From Candidatus Aenigmatarchaeota archaeon (GTDB lineage Archaea > Aenigmatarchaeota > Aenigmatarchaeia > QMZP01 > QMZT01), in the NCBI GenBank assembly GCA_963726265.1, contig CAVSBQ010000002.1, forward strand, positions 1,041,252 to 1,105,251: 64,000 bases of DNA, in the 5' to 3' direction. The translations under genes were made by a program, and so were the position numbers. The notes below the pieces were generated by a model that had not been told where the DNA came from, made no database searches, and saw nothing but the letters and a program-made list of their open reading frames with translations. Position 1 is the first letter of the stretch; the number at the start of each line of letters is the position of its first letter. This document shows, piece after piece, positions 49,226-57,834 of the stretch.

Positions 49226-49258
49226 AATGTTTTTAATTAGCGCCTACAATTCGATACC

Positions 49259-50469
49259 ATGGAACTCTGGGTGGACAAATACAAGCCTGTGACGGCGAAG
49301 GAAATCCTCAGCCAGGGAACGGCGGTCAGCGAGGTACTCAGGTGGCTTGAGGCATGGAAGCCGGGCAAGGCGCTGCTTCTCGCAGGGCCGTCGGGGACGG
49401 GGAAAACTCTCATAGCCGAGGTCATGGCGAAAGAGCGCGGGTGGCTGCTCAGCCAGATAAACGCCAGCGACGAGCGCAATTCCGAGGCGATAGAAAAAGC
49501 GCTTTCCGAGGCTTCGAAGGACAGGACGCTTTTCCACTCGGGCAAGATCATTCTCATAGACGAGGTCGACGGCATAGCCGGCAGCGACCGCGGAGGCGTA
49601 GGCGCGATAGCGAAGATAATAAAGGCATCGAGGTTCCCGGTCATACTGGCCGCGAACGACCCTTACCTTCCCAAACTCCAGCCGCTCAGGCTCAGCTCGA
49701 AAATCGTCAAGCTCTCCAAAATCGACGCGCGCTCGATAGAGAAACGCCTCCGCGAGATTTGCGATAAGGAAGGGATAAAGGCGGAAGGCGACGTGCTGAA
49801 GAACCTCGCGCGCTGGTCTTCGGGCGACATGCGCTCGGCCATAACCGACCTCCAGATGCTCTGCGAGGACAGGAAGGAGATAAACGAGAAAGATTTCGAG
49901 GCGCTCGGCTTCCGCGAAAGGGAGACTAACATCTTTGTCGTCCTTCCGACAGTTTTCAGGTCGAAGAACATCAACGCCGCCAGGAAGGCGATAAGCGGCT
50001 GCGACAAGGACGCGGATGAGATATTCTGGTGGGTCGAGAACAACATCCCGCAGGAATTCGAAGGCGAAGCGCTGGCGAACGCGCTTGACATGCTTTCTAA
50101 GGCCGACCTCTTCCGCAGCAAGGTCTCCCAGCAGCAGAACTGGCGCTTCCGCATGCACATGGCCGACATGCTCGCGGGCATATCGCTCGCCGGCGAGACG
50201 ACGCACGCATACGTTGCCTACAGGCCGCCGGACAGGTTTGCCCTGCTGTCGCGGCTCAAGTTCAAGAAGGCCGAGATGGGAGCGCTCTACGTCAAGCTTT
50301 CGGCCTACACACACAGCCCGCAGAAAATCGTGAAGAACGAATACCTCCCTATCTCAGAATAATCCTTTCAGGCAAAGCCGAGGATGCGCAGGAAGAACAA
50401 GAAGAAAAACGAGCAAGGCACGGCGTGGAGCTCACAGAAGATGAAGTCAAGTCGATTGTTTCTGGTTAG
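49259..50469 (+). CDS. rfcL: replication factor C large subunit (-1 indel near 50350)
   Basis: LWVDKYKP, GPSGTGKT, INASDER, IDEVD, GDMRSA; restoring one base gives EYLPYLRII...VSG*. Confidence 0.93.
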
Positions 50470-50477
50470 CTGGGATT

Positions 50478-51429
50478 TCACTTCAGGTAAACGTTCCCGA
50501 AGTTGTTGAGAAAGATGTAGTCGTCGTCCGTCTCCGCCTTCTTGATGTAGGTGATCATTTCCGTGATCTTCGAATCGGTCTCGTCAGCGAGATAGACCGC
50601 CAGCGCTTCCGGAATCGAAGGCTGCTTGGGCGAGCCGTACTCCAGCTTTCCGTGGTGGCTGAGGAGCATGTGCTTTACCTTGAGCTTGAGCTCGTCCGGC
50701 GTTTTGAGCAGGTCCATCTTCCTCGACACGTCCTCGAAGGTCATGGCCAGATGCCCCAGCAGCATGCCCTCGTTCGACGGCTTTATGTGGGTCGTGACCT
50801 CCAGCTCGCGCATCTTGCCGATGTCGTGGAGTATCGCGCCGGTGAGCATGAGGTCGCGGTTGAGCTGCGGGATGTATCCTGTGCAGGAAGTCGCATATCT
50901 TCATCACGTTGAGCGTGTGCTCGAGCAGGCCGCCCAGCCAGCCGTGGTGCTTGTACATCGCGCCAGGGTGACGAATGAACTTCTCTGAGAAAACAGGGTC
51001 CTTGATGAAGGCGTAGACCAGCCCCTTGAGGTGCATGTTGTCCATCGAGTCCGCGATTGCCGTGAGCTCCTTGTACATCTCCTTCGTGTCCTTCTCGCTC
51101 TCGGGGATGAAATCGGTCCGGTCGTATTCGTGCGCTTCGAGGACGGCGAGCTTGCCCAGCGGCGGGTTGATGTTTATCACGAGGTTGTCGTTGTAAAGCG
51201 TGCTCTCTCCCGCCACGTAGACGACGCCGTCCTTCTTCACCGAGTTGTAGAGGCGCTCGATCTCGTCCTTGTTGTCAGAGCCCCAGTATCTGGCCATAAC
51301 CTCGCCGGACGGGTCGCCCAGCCTGAGCTGGAACGAGTAGCCCTTCGCGTATTTCTGCACGGGCTTCTTGAACCTGACCACGAACTTCCCGTCTACCGCT
51401 TCGTAAGGCACGATGTTTTTTATGAGCAT
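50478..51429 (-). CDS. YhaM/Cbf1-like OB-fold + HD 3'-5' exoribonuclease (+1 indel near 50870)
   Basis: OB fold; HHGWLGGLLEHT; LHDIGK; SHHGKLEYGSP. Confidence 0.9.
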
Positions 51430-51497
51430 GCTATCATGAATAAGATTCGCATCGCCGCTTTAAAAATAATATAAGCCAGCGGGCCAAGAATAGAAAC

Positions 51498-51905
51498 ATG
51501 GCAGATTTCGCTGAAGACGAAGCGCAGGAGGCGGAAGGGTTCGCGCGCGAGGAATACGTCGACTTCGAGAAGCTCAAGGAGAAGGTCGGGCGCTTCGTGC
51601 GCGAGCGCGACTGGGAGAAATACCACAATCCCAAGGATCTGGCGGTCGCGATTTCAGTCGAAGCGGGCGAGCTGCTGGAGCTCTTCGAATGGATGAAGGA
51701 GAGCGACCTGGAGAAGATAAAGGAGAACAGCCGCCTCATCGAAAGCATAGAGGGCGAGCTTGCCGACATACTCAACTTCTGCATCAGCATGGCCAACGCG
51801 CTCGACCTGGACCTGGGCAGGATAGTCCTCAACAAGCTGAAGGAAGCCGAGAAGAAATACCCCAAGGACAAGTTCAGGGGTGTGTGGAACAGGCCTGACA
51901 AATAG
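51498..51905 (+). CDS. MazG-like nucleotide pyrophosphohydrolase (dCTPase type)
   Basis: ERDWEKYHNPKDLA...EAGELLELF...ELADI. Confidence 0.92.
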   Translation: MADFAEDEAQEAEGFAREEYVDFEKLKEKVGRFVRERDWEKYHNPKDLAVAISVEAGELLELFEWMKESDLEKIKENSRLIESIEGELADILNFCISMANALDLDLGRIVLNKLKEAEKKYPKDKFRGVWNRPDK

Positions 51906-51933
51906 ATTTAAAGCTTTATACTACTTTTAGGTT

Positions 51934-52362
51934 ATGAGGAAACATGACGCTAGTGGCGTTGATGATGACGGTATACTAAAACCAATAAGAAATCGCTTCA
52001 CGGGAAGACTTCATCCAGAAAATTTTGCAGTGTATGAAGAAAATTTTTACAGAAGTTGCGGAGAGTTTATCAAAGGAATATATCTTGCCGAAAAAAAGCG
52101 TGATTATTCTGAAGCCACAATCATTCCTCTTAGCAATTGCTTAAATCTCATAAGTCATATTGAAGAAAAATTATCCAGAGCCTATGTTGAACTATACTCG
52201 CAAGAAAAAGACGATGCAGTCAGATTAACCGTATTTGACTGGCTCACGAGAAAAGGCAACGATCCGTTTTTTGACAAATACGGGCACAAGATAGAAAAAC
52301 TGAAAATGACAGTAGAAGACGTAAAAGCAGCAGCAAGCAAGCTTGGCTTTGAATTTTGCTAG
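51934..52362 (+). CDS. hypothetical protein (AT-rich orphan)
   Basis: 142-aa ORF, own TATA. Confidence 0.65.
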   Translation: MRKHDASGVDDDGILKPIRNRFTGRLHPENFAVYEENFYRSCGEFIKGIYLAEKKRDYSEATIIPLSNCLNLISHIEEKLSRAYVELYSQEKDDAVRLTVFDWLTRKGNDPFFDKYGHKIEKLKMTVEDVKAAASKLGFEFC

Positions 52363-52400
52363 GAAAGGATAATAATATCCGGCTGGATAATATTCTAATC

Positions 52401-52925
52401 ATGAAAGTTATCATTCTCCGCCTGGGCCATCGCATTTCGCGCGACCATCGAATCTCGACGCACTGCGGCCTGGTGGCGAGGGCGCTGGGCGCGGACGGGA
52501 TTGTTTATACTGGCGAACATGACCAGAGCGTGCTCGAAAGCGTACGCCGAGTTTCGGAGCAGTGGGGCGGGAGATTTGCGGCGCAATACGAGGCTGGCTG
52601 GAAGAAAGTCGTCGCCGCATACAAAAGGAAAGGCTTTGCTGTCGTCCATCTCACTGTCTACGGCATGCCCGTGCAGAAGACCATCCGCAGAATAAAAAAC
52701 AGGGGCAAAATTCTCGTGGTCATCGGAGGCGAGAAGGTCCCGTGGGAGATGTATGGCCTCGCCGACTTCAACGTCTCGGTCACGGGCCAGCCGCATTCGG
52801 AAATCGCCGCCCTGGCGGTCTTTCTGGACAGGCTTTTCGCAGGGAAGGAACTGGACAGGAAGTTCGCTGGCGCGAAGAAGATCGTCGTTCCCCAGGAGCG
52901 CGGGAAAAAAATCATCGGCAAATGA
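52401..52925 (+). CDS. trm56: tRNA (cytidine-56-2'-O)-methyltransferase
   Basis: LRLGHRISRDHRISTH, HLTVYG, GGEKVP, QPHSEIAALA. Confidence 0.96.
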   Translation: MKVIILRLGHRISRDHRISTHCGLVARALGADGIVYTGEHDQSVLESVRRVSEQWGGRFAAQYEAGWKKVVAAYKRKGFAVVHLTVYGMPVQKTIRRIKNRGKILVVIGGEKVPWEMYGLADFNVSVTGQPHSEIAALAVFLDRLFAGKELDRKFAGAKKIVVPQERGKKIIGK

Positions 52926-53063
52926 AACCCTTAATTTTCATTAAATCCCATGCGAAAATCATGCGATATCGCCAACATATTTATTAGTGTCCGGTGCCAA
53001 TTAGTTAAATAAAGGTTTGCTTTTAAGCGCATATCTGCGGGTTGAATACGGTATGATGAAAGC

Positions 53064-54344
53064 ATGGCAGACAGGATGAGCCTTTGGGCAAAACTTTTTT
53101 ATAAATACCGCAGGTTTGTAAAGGCAATAGAGCTTTATCTGCTGATAGCCGGCCCAGGCATCATAGTCATGGTCGCTGACAACGATGCCGGCGGCATCAC
53201 CACCTACGCCGCGACAGGCGCGAAATTCGGCTATGGCCTCATATGGTTCCTCATTCTTCTCGGCCCGGTTGCGTATATTGTCCAAGAAATGACCGTGCGT
53301 CTGGGCGCGGTGACGAAGCGCGGCCACGCAGAGGCGATATTCGACGCCTTCGGCTCATTCTGGGGCTGGTTTTCCCTGCTCGATTTGGCGCTGGCGAACT
53401 GGCTGACGCTGATCACCGAATTCATAGGCATGACCGCCGCGCTCGCGATATTCGGCATCGCGCCGTACATCACGGTGATTATAGTTTCCATTGTCATGTT
53501 CGCCATGGTCCTGCAGGGGCGGTACTGGACATGGGAAAAAATCGTCATCATGTTCTGCCTGCTGAACCTGATTTACATACCGGCCGCATTCCTCGTCCAT
53601 CCGTCGATTTCCACGGTCCTGAGCATCGGCCTGGTGCCTCATCTGCCCGGGGGGCTTACCGGCGATCTTTTGTTTTTCCTGATGGCTAACATAGGCACGA
53701 CCATCGCGCCCTGGATGATATTCTTCCAGCAGAGCGCCGTCGTCGACAAGGAGATGAAGGAGAAGGACATGACGTGGGCCAAGATCGACACTGCCATCGG
53801 CGCATTTTTCACCGTGCTCGTAGCGATATTCTGCATAATCGTTACCGGCACGCTTTTGCAGGGCGTGAATATAGAAAGCGCCGCCCAGGCGGCCCAGATG
53901 CTGATGGGCATAAACCCGTACATAGGCACGTTCCTGGCGATAGGCCTCTTCAACGCCGGTTTTCTGGGAGCCATCTGCATATCGCTGGCCAGCTCCTGGG
54001 CCTTCGGAGAGGTCTTCGGCTGGGCGCATTCGCTCAACAACAAGATAAGGGAAGCTCCATGGTTTTACATCAGCTATTTACTTGCGCTGCTTACGGCAGG
54101 CGGAGTGGTCCTGGTGCCGGGCGCGCCGCTGGTACTTATCACGCTTTTCGTGCAGGTGATCGCAGTCACGCTCCTGCCCGCCGCCCTGGTATTCCTGATA
54201 TTGCTGCTGAACAACGAGGAGCTGATGGGCAAATACAAGAACACGCTGCTGCAAAACGTTCTAAGCTGCTCCGTAGTGGGAGCGCTCATAGTGCTGTCGA
54301 TGCTATATGGCATCAGCGTCCTGTTCCCCGGCCTGTTCGGATGA
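53064..54344 (+). CDS. NRAMP-family divalent cation transporter, Mg2+-type (NRMT-like)
   Basis: GPGII...DNDAGG, QEMTVRLG, GTTIAPW. Confidence 0.9.
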   Translation: MADRMSLWAKLFYKYRRFVKAIELYLLIAGPGIIVMVADNDAGGITTYAATGAKFGYGLIWFLILLGPVAYIVQEMTVRLGAVTKRGHAEAIFDAFGSFWGWFSLLDLALANWLTLITEFIGMTAALAIFGIAPYITVIIVSIVMFAMVLQGRYWTWEKIVIMFCLLNLIYIPAAFLVHPSISTVLSIGLVPHLPGGLTGDLLFFLMANIGTTIAPWMIFFQQSAVVDKEMKEKDMTWAKIDTAIGAFFTVLVAIFCIIVTGTLLQGVNIESAAQAAQMLMGINPYIGTFLAIGLFNAGFLGAICISLASSWAFGEVFGWAHSLNNKIREAPWFYISYLLALLTAGGVVLVPGAPLVLITLFVQVIAVTLLPAALVFLILLLNNEELMGKYKNTLLQNVLSCSVVGALIVLSMLYGISVLFPGLFG

Positions 54345-54367
54345 CAATGATGCATGGAGGATAAAAT

Positions 54368-54577
54368 ATGGTCTCTATGAAAGAGTTCGCTGCGAAAACG
54401 AAGGCGTTCCTCAGCAACAGGTTCAGGGCGGTTACGGAAATTAACAGGAAATACGCCAGGCCGCGCATAAAGATGACCAGGATGGTCAGATGGTCGCTTT
54501 TATTGCTCAGAATATATCTCATAGTATTGCTGCTGATACTGGCCTACAAGTTCATACTGGTATTGCAGACCAGATAG
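54368..54577 (+). CDS. single-TM microprotein in NRAMP operon
   Basis: GGAGG SD; basic N-terminus, C-terminal TM. Confidence 0.75.
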   Translation: MVSMKEFAAKTKAFLSNRFRAVTEINRKYARPRIKMTRMVRWSLLLLRIYLIVLLLILAYKFILVLQTR

Positions 54578-54584
54578 GTGTTGC

Positions 54585-55871
54585 ATGGAAAACAACTCCT
54601 CAAAAGACATTAACAGTGAAAGGAGAGCCTTCTTCTTAAACGAGATTCTGGGCTCCAGGGTTCTGCTCAACAACAAAAAAATAGGCAAGCTTTCCGACAT
54701 CGTGATAGCGGAAAACGGCAAGATACCGGCGGTCACGCAATTCTACATCACGCGCTCGTTCGGCAATCCATCGCTGCTCGTGCCGTGGGCGAACGTGAAA
54801 TCCTTGGACGCCGATTCCAGGGAAGTGGTCATTGACATAGAAAACATCAGAAAATACGAGAGGAAGCCTGAGGAAAAGGAAGTGCTGCTCAAAGACCACA
54901 TCCTGGACAAAAAGGTGCTCGACCTCGAGGGGCGCGAAGTCGAAGTCGTATACGACATAAAACTGACCATGATTAACAACAAGCTTTACGTCAGCGACGT
55001 GGACCTGAGCCGATACGGGCTTCTCAGGAGGATAGGCATGAAATGGCTGGCGAATTTCATATACAGCCTTGCGGAAAAGATCAAGAGCCAGACGATTTCC
55101 TGGAGCTATATCCAGCCCCTGCCCACGCAGATAAGCAGCTTCAAGGGCGACGTCAAGCTTAACGTCCTGAAGGACAAGCTGGCCGAAATGCCGCCAGTCG
55201 ATATCGCCGACATAATCGAGGAGCTGGACCCCGCGCAGAGGATCATGGTGTTCGAGGAGCTCGACACCGAACGCGCAGCGGACACCCTGGAGGAGATCGA
55301 CCCCAGCGTGCAGAGGGACCTGATTTTTTCCACCAAGAAGGACAGGATCGCGGAGCTCATCAACAAGATGACGCCCGGCCAGGCGGCTGACGTTTTATCC
55401 GCCCTGCCGTGGTGGGAATCGAAAGTGATTCTGAAACTGCTGCCCAGCGACAGCGCGAAGAAGATCCAGTCCATCATGGAGGTGCACGAGGAAGGCGTGC
55501 TGCATTACGCCACTTCAAAATTCATGAAAATGGGGGTAAACAAAAACGTGGAAGACGCGCGCGAAGAGTACCAGCAGGTTGCCAAGCACAAAAAAATAAT
55601 AATGTATTTCTACATAGTTGACGAAAATGACAGGCTGGTCGGCGTGATAGACATAAGAGAGCTCCTCCAGGCAAAGGACAAGACATGCCTGAAGGACATC
55701 ATGGTTGACAACATAGTCACCCTGAAGCCGGAAAGCACGCTGAAGGAAGCTTCGAACATGTTCAAAAGATACGGCTTCCGGGCGATCCCCGTGACCGATC
55801 AGAACGGGAAGATCCTGGGCGTGATACCCTACCGCGACGTCATGAGCCTCACGCATCACTTTCTGGACTAG
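54585..55871 (+). CDS. soluble PRC-barrel + MgtE N-terminal + CBS-pair protein
   Basis: IGKLSDI and LDKKVLD PRC halves; PVDIADIIEEL/AADTLEE MgtE_N repeats; two CBS domains; no TM. Confidence 0.88.
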   Translation: MENNSSKDINSERRAFFLNEILGSRVLLNNKKIGKLSDIVIAENGKIPAVTQFYITRSFGNPSLLVPWANVKSLDADSREVVIDIENIRKYERKPEEKEVLLKDHILDKKVLDLEGREVEVVYDIKLTMINNKLYVSDVDLSRYGLLRRIGMKWLANFIYSLAEKIKSQTISWSYIQPLPTQISSFKGDVKLNVLKDKLAEMPPVDIADIIEELDPAQRIMVFEELDTERAADTLEEIDPSVQRDLIFSTKKDRIAELINKMTPGQAADVLSALPWWESKVILKLLPSDSAKKIQSIMEVHEEGVLHYATSKFMKMGVNKNVEDAREEYQQVAKHKKIIMYFYIVDENDRLVGVIDIRELLQAKDKTCLKDIMVDNIVTLKPESTLKEASNMFKRYGFRAIPVTDQNGKILGVIPYRDVMSLTHHFLD

Positions 55872-55890
55872 TTTTTACGATTCGTGCTGC

Positions 55891-56913
55891 CTACTGCGAA
55901 AGCATTATGTTCTCGAATATCGCCTTGGCGCGCTCTTTCTTGCTTTCGTCGACGTTGACTATGACCAGGCCTTCGTTGAACTGGCCGTAGACGATGCGGC
56001 TGCCCAGCGGAAGGTGGATGGCGCACGGCAGGACTGCGAGGTCTTCTTCGCCTTTGACTAGGATTTTGACCTTCTTCTTTCGCAGGTCAGGAATCGCCTT
56101 CTCGACCGCAGCCCAGAGCTCAACGGTTATGTGGCGCGCGGGGTTCCTGGCTTTGACCAGCCTCCCCCTGAAGCTGATTTTTTTCTTGAACCTGCCGCGC
56201 TTCTCCCTGCCGTCGATTATTATCATGTCCGGCCTGAGGCCGTGTTTTATGAGATAATAGCTCGTCGGGTCGCCGACCGTGACTATGAAGCCTTTCACTC
56301 CTTTGCTTTTGAGCTCCTTGACGACCTTCTTCGCCGCCTCGTCCCACTCGCCTCCGACGACCTTGCCGAAAGGTCTTCGGAAATCCATGAGCATGTCCTC
56401 GGGGACGACGAGGTCCTTTTCGAGGAACGGCTGGCTGCCGACGTTCTTGATAATCTTTTCAATCTCCTTCGCGACCGTCTCGGGCTTTTTCCTCGTCGTG
56501 TCGATTTCGTGGATGATTTTGTGGGAGGCGACGGCCTCGTCCCGTATGATCTGCATCATCTCGGCCTCCATGTTCTCGGCTATCTTCTCTGTCTGGAAGC
56601 CCTTTTCAGCCATGCGCTTTCTCAGGATAACCGGGTCAGTTCTCAGAACAATCACGATGTCGGCAGGCATGTCGTGCGCGTAATGAGATTCTATAATCAG
56701 GTTCTTTTTGTCGGTGGCGAGCAGGTTGACTTCTTCGCGCAGCTTATCTATGTCGACTATCCTGCAGCCGCGTCCGCAGTCGTAGCCTTCGTAAAGGTTC
56801 TTCTGCGCGGCTATGTAGTTGAGGGAGAAATATTCCCATCCCGTGCGTTTCGCGAGCGCCTTCGCGACGGCGGTCTTGCCCGTGCCCGGCGTGCCCGTGA
56901 TGGCGACTATCAT
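55891..56913 (-). CDS. fusion of Fap7/AK6-type adenylate kinase and GTP-dependent dephospho-CoA kinase (DUF359)
   Basis: ITGTPGTGKT and IIESH in N-half; VGD, IIDG, GEEDLAVLP and YGQ in C-half. Confidence 0.88.
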   Translation of the reverse strand: MIVAITGTPGTGKTAVAKALAKRTGWEYFSLNYIAAQKNLYEGYDCGRGCRIVDIDKLREEVNLLATDKKNLIIESHYAHDMPADIVIVLRTDPVILRKRMAEKGFQTEKIAENMEAEMMQIIRDEAVASHKIIHEIDTTRKKPETVAKEIEKIIKNVGSQPFLEKDLVVPEDMLMDFRRPFGKVVGGEWDEAAKKVVKELKSKGVKGFIVTVGDPTSYYLIKHGLRPDMIIIDGREKRGRFKKKISFRGRLVKARNPARHITVELWAAVEKAIPDLRKKKVKILVKGEEDLAVLPCAIHLPLGSRIVYGQFNEGLVIVNVDESKKERAKAIFENIMLSQ

Positions 56914-56992
56914 ATACTTATCTTATTTGCGGCGGTTTAAATCTCTCCATTTTCCAGGCGAGGTTTTTAACCCGCGCCGCCAATTGAAGCAC

Positions 56993-57766
56993 ATGTCGAC
57001 CAAAATCAGGGACAGCTACTGGACGGCCGTGAAAGGCGTCATCCGCGAAGCGGACGTGCTGCTCCTCCTACTGGACGCGAGGTTCGTGGACGAGACGCGC
57101 AACGCCGAGATAGAGAACAAGGTCCGCGCCGCCGGCAAGCCACTCATCTATGTCATCACCAAGGCCGACCTGGCGAACAAGGAAAAGCTCGAGGCGTGCA
57201 AGCGTGCTCTGAGGCCATCGGTATTCGTTTCCGCAAAGGACCGCACGGGCAGGAAGCGGCTGAAGGAAAGGATAATAGTGGAGGCGGAGAGGGCGTATGG
57301 CGGCGGGGGCAAGACGCAAAGGATAACTGTCGGCGTGCTTGGCTACCCGAACGTCGGCAAGTCGTCGCTGATAAACTACATGAAGGGCAGGCGTTCGGCT
57401 CCCATAAGTTCCCACAGCGGCTGCACAAAATCGACGCGCCTCGTAAAGACGGACAGCAGGATATATTTCATCGACACGCCCGGCGTCATCCCGTATCTCG
57501 AGAAGGACGAGCTGAAGCATGCCACGACCAGCGTGACCGACTTCACCAAGGTAAAGGAGCCCGACCTGATAGTGGCGGAACTCATGCGCAAATACCCCGG
57601 CAGGATAGAGGCGCATTTCAACGTCCCTGTGCGCGAGGACAAGCTCCAGAGCATCGAGGAAATCACGCTAAAGAGCCATGTGCTCAGGAAGGGCGGCCTG
57701 CCCGACATAGACCGCATGTGCAGGTCGATAATCAGGGACTTCCAGTCGGGCAAGATAAAAATCTGA
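56993..57766 (+). CDS. circularly permuted ribosome-biogenesis GTPase (YlqF/RbgA/Lsg1-like)
   Basis: LDAR, TKADL (G4), SAK (G5), GYPNVGKSS (G1), DTPG (G3). Confidence 0.93.
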   Translation: MSTKIRDSYWTAVKGVIREADVLLLLLDARFVDETRNAEIENKVRAAGKPLIYVITKADLANKEKLEACKRALRPSVFVSAKDRTGRKRLKERIIVEAERAYGGGGKTQRITVGVLGYPNVGKSSLINYMKGRRSAPISSHSGCTKSTRLVKTDSRIYFIDTPGVIPYLEKDELKHATTSVTDFTKVKEPDLIVAELMRKYPGRIEAHFNVPVREDKLQSIEEITLKSHVLRKGGLPDIDRMCRSIIRDFQSGKIKI

Positions 57767-57834
57767 CAAACAGATTACATATTACAAAATCTTAAAAATA
57801 AGGGAAACATTAGATTGATATAACCGGTGTGTTT

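Larger units (their letters stand above)
43059..49232. other. accessory surface-protein island between cysS and rfcL
   Basis: lower and blocky GC; three co-oriented genes; GAAATGTTT at both edges; no integrase seen. Confidence 0.6.

Noticed and set aside
43059..49232. Diversity-generating retroelement, provirus or transposon
   Set aside because: No reverse transcriptase, template/variable repeat pair, integrase, transposase, capsid gene or terminal inverted repeats seen in the window.
18107..51429. Programmed frameshifting or genuine pseudogenisation
   Set aside because: No slippery heptamers or shared context at the breaks, no accumulated stops at the single-indel sites, and an essential gene (rfcL) is affected; sequencing error is more parsimonious.
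52926..53063. M-box or other metal riboswitch upstream of the NRAMP operon
   Set aside because: Short AT-rich spacer with no recognisable aptamer; a TATA-like box lies close to the start codon.
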